64,000 bases of DNA from Ascoidea asiatica JCM 7603 (lineage: Eukaryota > Fungi > Ascomycota): NCBI GenBank assembly GCA_001600695.1, contig BCKQ01000025.1, positions 20,343 to 84,342 on the forward strand. The letters are read 5' to 3'. Positions within the stretch are counted from its first letter, which is position 1. Each line of letters begins with the position of its first letter. Under the pieces are notes generated by a model that saw nothing but the letters and a program-made list of their open reading frames with translations, was not told where the DNA came from and searched no databases. This document shows, one piece after another, positions 55,618-64,000 of this stretch. Both the position numbers and the translations under genes were made by a program.

Positions 55618-56000
55618 CTTCTCTTTTCACTACATATTTCCTACTTTCCTATTTTCCTATTTTCCTACTTTCTTATATAAATATATTCAATATATATAAA
55701 TATAAATATAAATACAATTAGGTAACTTCATTGTCCGTGTCCTGAAATACACCTTGTTCTATCTTCCCCATCCATGCCAACTGTATCTAATAGATTTTAA
55801 CCTTACCGCTATTAAAATATCTATCAAATATCTAATACAATATCTAATATAATATCTAATATAATAACAACAAATTATATATATCCTTAATTCTTTAATC
55901 AATTAATCAATTAATCAATCAATAACATTGACATTGACATTGACATTGACATTAATCAACTGATTAGATCATTTTGAATTAGATTATATTCTTTTTTAAA

Positions 56001-56273
56001 ATGTCATTTGATGAAAAAAAAAGTTTAAATTTATCAAATCATTTACATTGGAGAGCAAAATCAAATAAATTACCTTTATATAAAGATAAACCATTTTTAA
56101 ATAATAATTCAGATATTAATATTAATAATAATTCAAAAAATATAATTTTAAATTTAAATAAAAAATATTATAAAAGAAAAATGATTTTTAAATTTTTAAT
56201 TTTTTCAATTTCTTTTTATTTCATTTTAAATTTTTTTAATTTAAATAATTTTAATTTATTCTCTTTTTCTTCA

Positions 56274-56311
<38 letters not shown>

Positions 56312-58397
56312 TAACAATAACAATAATAACTTAGATAATATAAATTGGAAAGAAAGACAAGATTTAGTTAAATCTGTTTTTAAACAATCTTGGAATGGTT
56401 ATGAAAAATATGCTTGGGGTAAAGATATTTATCATCCATTATCAAAATCTGGTGAAAATATGGGTGAAAAACCATTAGGTTGGATAATTGTTGATTCTTT
56501 AGATACTTTAATAATAATGGATTTAAAAAATGAATTAAAAACTGCAAAATCTTGGATAAAAAATGAATTAGATTATAATTTTGATTATTATGTAAATACT
56601 TTTGAAACTACAATTAGAATGCTTGGTGGATTTTTATCTGCTTTTTATTTATCAAATGATGATTTATATCTTGATAAAGCTGTAGATTTAGCTGATAGAT
56701 TAATTGGTTCTTTTAATTCTCCAAGTGGTATACCATATGCAAGTATAAATTTAAAAACTAAAAATGGTAAAAGATCTCATACTGATAATGGTGCTTCTTC
56801 AACTGCAGAAGTTTCAACTTTACAATTAGAATTTAAATATTTATCAAAATTAACTGGTGAAAATTTATATTGGGATTATGTTGAAAATGTTATTCATATT
56901 TTAGATAATAATAATCCAATTGATGGTTTAGTACCAATTTTTATACAACCAAAAACTGGTAATTATCAAGGTAATTTAATTAGATTAGGTTCAAGAGGTG
57001 ATTCATATTATGAATATTTATTAAAACAATATATTCAAACAAATTTATCTGAATCAATTTATTTAAATATGTATCAAGAATCTATTCATGGTATTAAAAA
57101 AAATTTAATTGGTCATTCAATTCCAAATCATTTAACTTTTATTGGTGAATTAAATAATGGTTTAAATTCTCAACTTTCAAATAAAATGGATCATTTAGTT
57201 TGTTTCATGGGTGGTTTATTAGCTTTAGGTTCAACTTTTGGTAAAAATTTAAATGATTTTAAAAAAAATTATATTTGGACTTCAAGTAAAGAATCTGATT
57301 TAAATCTTGCAAAAGATTTAACTTATACTTGTTATCAAATGTATCATCAAATTAAAGAAACTGGTTTATCTCCTGAAATTGTTATATTTAATACTGAAGA
57401 AAATTCTAAAAATGATTTTTATGTAAAACCATTAGATAAACATAATTTACAAAGACCAGAAACTGTTGAAAGTTTATTTATTTTATATAGAATTACAAAA
57501 GATCCAATTTATAGAAATTATGGTTGGGAAATTTTTCAAAATTTTTTAAATTATACAAAAATTGATGGTGATGCTGGTTTTACTTCAATTGATGATGTTA
57601 TGAAAAATCCACCAAAATTAAGAGATAATATGGAATCTTTTTGGTTAGCAGAAACTTTAAAATATATTTATCTTTTATTTGATGATAATGAAGATTTATT
57701 ACCTTTAGATAAAGTTGTTTTTAATACTGAAGCTCATCCATTTCCAATTTTTGATATGGGTGATAAATTTAAAACTGGTTGGGAAAGAGGTACTCCAATA
57801 ACAAATAATATTGATAATAATAAAATAATTAAAGAAGAAAAAACAATTATAAAAAAAATTGTAAAACAAGAAGAAAATAATGAAGAATTTCCTGATCCAT
57901 CAGATTCTGAAAAAGAATTTTTAAAAAATAAAAATTTAAAAAATAAAAAAATTATTGATAAAATTGAAAATTTAGATAATACTGAAAATATTGCAAATGT
58001 TAAAAATGATGCAAAAATTAATGGTTATAATGAATTTAAAGAATCAAAAGAATTAGAAGATTTAGAAAAAATTGAAAAAATTGAAAAAAATGGAAAAAAT
58101 GGAAAAATTATTGAATTAAAAGATACTCGAAAGGGTAATGTAATTGATCTGACAAACCAACAAGAACCAATTGTTAAAGCTGCGGAACCTGCAAAACCTG
58201 CAATTGAAGAACTTAATGAAAAATTAGAAAATGAAAAAAAACATGAAAAGGAAAAAGAAGAAGAAAAACCAATTGATGAAAAAGAAAAAATTCGAAGGAA
58301 AATAAAAGAAGATTTAGAAAGTGGCTTGAATTATAATGAAGTTATTGATAAACTTATTGAACAAGAAGAATCAAAAGAAGCTGCAGTTGGTAAATAG
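56001..58397 (+). CDS. MNS1: ER alpha-1,2-mannosidase (GH47)
   Basis: Type II TM anchor; LGWIIVDSLDT, FETTIRMLGG, GSRGDSYYEYLLKQ, QRPETVES, MESFWLAETLKY, FNTEAHP. Confidence 0.96.
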
Positions 58398-58766
58398 TAA
58401 TATAAGAAAAATATTTAATATCAACCTTTAAAAATACTCTAAGGATTTTATTATCCTTCTTTATTTAAATTTTTTTTTTTTCTTTTTTTTTTGGTTTATA
58501 AAGATCATACAGTATATAACAAGTTTCAGTTATCAAGTTATGATACTTAACAATTTAATATAGAGATAAATAACGAAAATAGTGAAACAAAAAAAAATAT
58601 CATTTTTTTTTTTATACGTAATAATTTTTATTAATTAAATCAAAGAATATGGAATCTAAAACTAACAAAATACAAACATTCATTACTATCAACAGATCTA
58701 GTTAAGATTAATTAAATTAAAGAAACTAGTAAATTAAGTTAAGTTAAAATTTTAGTTAATTTAAAT

Positions 58767-60856
<2,090 letters not shown>

Positions 60857-61148
60857 TTTGAATATATAAAGAAATAAATTAATAAAAACTAAAAACTAAG
60901 AACTTAATTAATAATTAATATTACCAATATATTAAATTGAAGATTGGAATATAAAGATTAAAAAAAAGTAAGTAGAAATAAAAGTGAAAATGAATAGAGT
61001 AAATATATATGGAAAAGAAGATGAATGGAATGGATAGTAAGTAAGTAAGTAAGTAAGTAAATAAGTAAATTAAAAGTTGTAAGAAATGAAATTGATGAAA
61101 ATGATGAAAACGTGAGAGAGAGAAAGTAGTAGCTTATGAGAGTATGAG

Positions 61149-61265
61149 GATTGGAGGATTGGACGCTGAGTGCAAGCGCAGGGAGAAACACACCGAGCCA
61201 GCGAGCTCAGAGCGAGCTGCGAGTGGTTGGAGAATGGTTGGAGAAATGTCGCGGGATTTCATTGG
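61149..61265. promoter_or_regulatory. CCAAT (ATTGG) boxes in the GC-rich ATP2 promoter
   Basis: GATTGGAGGATTGG near 61150 and CATTGG near 61260. Confidence 0.45.
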
Positions 61266-62289
61266 ACGAGCCCGTAGCAGGACCCACGTTACCCGGAGCA
61301 GGGCCTCCCAGCGAGGTCTCGGCGGGAGCTGTTGATGGTTATGTAAGCACTGACGTAACACTGAGAAACGAAGAACCAAAAAAAAAGATTATACCGCGCC
61401 TTCAAAGATGGCTGATTCATGGGAGGGAAATACCATTTCTGTGAACGTGGCTGGTGGTTGATCTGTGGGATTTGTTTACCAGATCCTATCATTGTCACCT
61501 GCCACACGCAGCCACAGAGAAGCACTAAAAGTGCAGCTCTGTGGCGCAGATCTGGTGAAATAGAACCGGTGATAGTTCCCACGTCGCAGCTCGAACCGAC
61601 TGTGCTCTGGGGACAGCGGGCACAGATCCAAGGACCAGTCTGCTTCTCGGCAGCTGCGCACTCTGCCATCCAGACCAAGTCTGCAAAAGCTCAGAGCTCC
61701 AGTTCTTTGGTGTGTTTGCAGTGTTTGCAGTGTTTGCAGTTGCAGTTGTAGTTGCAAGGTGTGTCACATGACTGCAGCCCGTCTAAGTCAAATTCAACGG
61801 TAGACGAATTCCGCAGAGTGTAAACAGAATGAAGTGGCAATAAGTACTACTAAAGAAGCACCGCATATCTGGTCTTGTTTTCTCTGTTTACAGTTTTCCA
61901 TTTAAAGTTACACGTCTGACTATAAAAAATAAAATAATTCAAAATAAAGGTTATTTTCTTCAAGAATCAATGAAAATATAAAGAAATTAATCTAAATTCA
62001 TTCATTTTTTACCTCGACTAAGAAACCAACTAATCTAATTCCATACAATTCCATATGATTCTTATTCACTTCATTACAATTCAACTTGATATTACTTTAA
62101 TATTACTCTATTAATTAAATATTAGACTCTGAATGAAATTAAATTAAATTAAATTCATTACAAAATATTAATAAATTATTCCAATTCTATCTTTCTTTAT
62201 CCAATTTCAATCAATTTTTTAATCTAAAATAAACCTAAAATAATTATCTTTATTAACCAAATTATCATTCTCCTATACTTTTTGATTAA

Positions 62290-62290
<1 letters not shown>

Positions 62291-62343
<53 letters not shown>
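62291..62343 (+). repeat. (TAT)n microsatellite; an (AATAT)n repeat lies at about 62603-62648
   Basis: Direct reading. Confidence 0.9.
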
Positions 62344-62344
<1 letters not shown>

Positions 62345-62653
62345 TTTAAATATTTTCTACAGTAACATAATTAACGATACATTTTATTTCCTAATTTTAT
62401 TAAAAATTTATATAATTTTTGTATTGTAAATAAACTTTGATAAATATTAAACTATATTCATTCATTCAGTCTATATCTTTAAAATTAAATAAATATAACT
62501 TATATTCTTCATATTTCTTAATTTCTTTTTCATTTCAAATATCATTGTCATTATTTATATTAACTATCAATTCATACAATCTTTTCATATACTATACTAT
62601 ACAATAATATAATATAATATAATATAATATAATATAATATAATATAATTCAAA

Positions 62654-63589
62654 ATGAATCCAACAACTTCAATTCCTTCAATGCCTCCAAATATGAATCA
62701 ACAACAACAACAACAACAACAATTACAAAATCATCATAGATTTAATCGTATACAAGAATTAAAAGTTTTATCAATAAGACCAAGACATTATGCTGTATTT
62801 TTTTTATTATTATATATAATCTTTGAATGTATAACTATGGCTTGTTCAATAACTCCTCAAACTCGTGGTACTTATATAATGGAATTAAAATATAAATCTT
62901 TAGATAATACTCAATATTTTTATTCAAATTCAATATCTCAATTAGATATAAGAATTGGTTATTTTTCTTCATGTTTAAAAGCTTATACTCAAAATGATAA
63001 AAGTTCTTGGTCTTGTAGTAATAATGAAATTAATTTATTATCTTCAAATTCTCAATTTAATTCAACTTTAGCTCCAAATAAAGATTTAAAAATTTTTGTA
63101 AATCAAACTGCAAAAAAATTTAGAACAAAATGTTTAACTCCATATATTTTATTAGTTTCAATATTATTATCTTTTTTAACAATAATTTTATTTGCTTTTG
63201 TATCTCCAAGAAATCAACCTTTATTATATAAATGTTCAACTGCTGTTTGTTATATTGGTTTTTCATTATCTTTAGTTGCTGCAGTTTGGCAAGAAACTAA
63301 TGTTTTAACAGGTGCAAAACTTTTATCTTCAATTGATGATGATTATTATACTTTAGAAACTCATGCTGGTGTAACTGCAAGAGTACTTATATGGTTTGGT
63401 GTTTCTTTATTATTATCAACTTGTATAGCTTTAGCTTCTTTAGCTATAATTGGTGAATTATTAAAAGAATCTCAAGATCAAGTTGGAATGGATCAATCTT
63501 TATCAACTTCATTTTCTGCTTTAGGTAATTCTGGTAATTCTGGTAATGCTCCTCCAACTTCGGCTGATATTCTTGATGCTAAATTTTAA
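62654..63589 (+). CDS. Fig1-family (claudin-like Ca2+ influx / mating fusion) membrane protein
   Basis: Four TM segments; IRIGYFSSC claudin-type Gly-Cys motif; VWQ and G..A.VL.W features. Confidence 0.7.
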   Translation: MNPTTSIPSMPPNMNQQQQQQQQLQNHHRFNRIQELKVLSIRPRHYAVFFLLLYIIFECITMACSITPQTRGTYIMELKYKSLDNTQYFYSNSISQLDIRIGYFSSCLKAYTQNDKSSWSCSNNEINLLSSNSQFNSTLAPNKDLKIFVNQTAKKFRTKCLTPYILLVSILLSFLTIILFAFVSPRNQPLLYKCSTAVCYIGFSLSLVAAVWQETNVLTGAKLLSSIDDDYYTLETHAGVTARVLIWFGVSLLLSTCIALASLAIIGELLKESQDQVGMDQSLSTSFSALGNSGNSGNAPPTSADILDAKF

Positions 63590-64000
63590 TAATCTCATTA
63601 TATTAAATAATTAATTCCTTTTTATCACTCCCTCCCACTTCCACTTCCACTTCCACTAAATAACATTTTTTAAAACTTAATTCATTAAAGAGTATCTCAA
63701 AGTTTGATTTCTTTTATCTTAATTTATCAACTTCAACCAATTTCATCTTCAAATTTCATCTATTCATTTATTAATTTATTTATTTATCTATCTCTATCTA
63801 TTTTTTTTTATTTTTCTATCTTTATTGGTAATTATGGTTTCTATTAATAACTTTTTTTGCGTTTTTATCGTGGTTTTTTTTTTTATAGTTGTCGTCTTTG
63901 TTTTTTTAAGTATTCTAAAAGTTTTGGTGTTTTAATGCCATTGGTATTGGCTCTATGTGTTTCATTTATATATATTTATTTAGTCATTCTAATTTATTCT

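Noticed and set aside
61134-61767. Cluster of overlapping 60-130 aa ORFs on both strands
   Set aside because: By-product of high local GC (few stops); codon usage is unlike real genes; it is promoter DNA.

Overview
Very AT-rich budding-yeast (Saccharomycotina) nuclear DNA with Asn/Asp homopolymer-laden proteins. It encodes Complex I subunits, so it is not a Saccharomyces-type yeast; the composition resembles Ascoidea-like species (inference only). About 21 protein genes: SMA2, NUJM/NDUFA11, CSM3, a long REEP/HVA22-domain protein, a spliced putative PP1-docking protein, a REX3-N-terminus-only protein, IMD (spliced), NUP120, NUAM/NDUFS1, an aquaglyceroporin, BBC1, COG8, MCM21, an orphan ORF, TDA9/RSF2, STR2, ATP18 (spliced, missed by the ORF track), DAL2, MNS1, ATP2 (spliced) and a FIG1-family gene. 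There is also a frameshifted small YGSN-rich gene. The main discovery is in the apparently empty 16.2-18.4 kb interval: a minus-strand non-coding host transcript carrying six box C/D snoRNAs (snR78, 77, 76, 75, 74, 73), each in its own spliceosomal intron. It includes a nested intron-within-a-donor (GT|intron|AAGT, recreating GTAAGT) and an apparent zero-length exon (TAG|GTAATT), and is driven by a Tbf1/Reb1/RRPE snoRNA-type promoter. A seventh snoRNA (snR54) sits in the IMD intron. All homology calls are from recalled sequences and motifs, not database searches.
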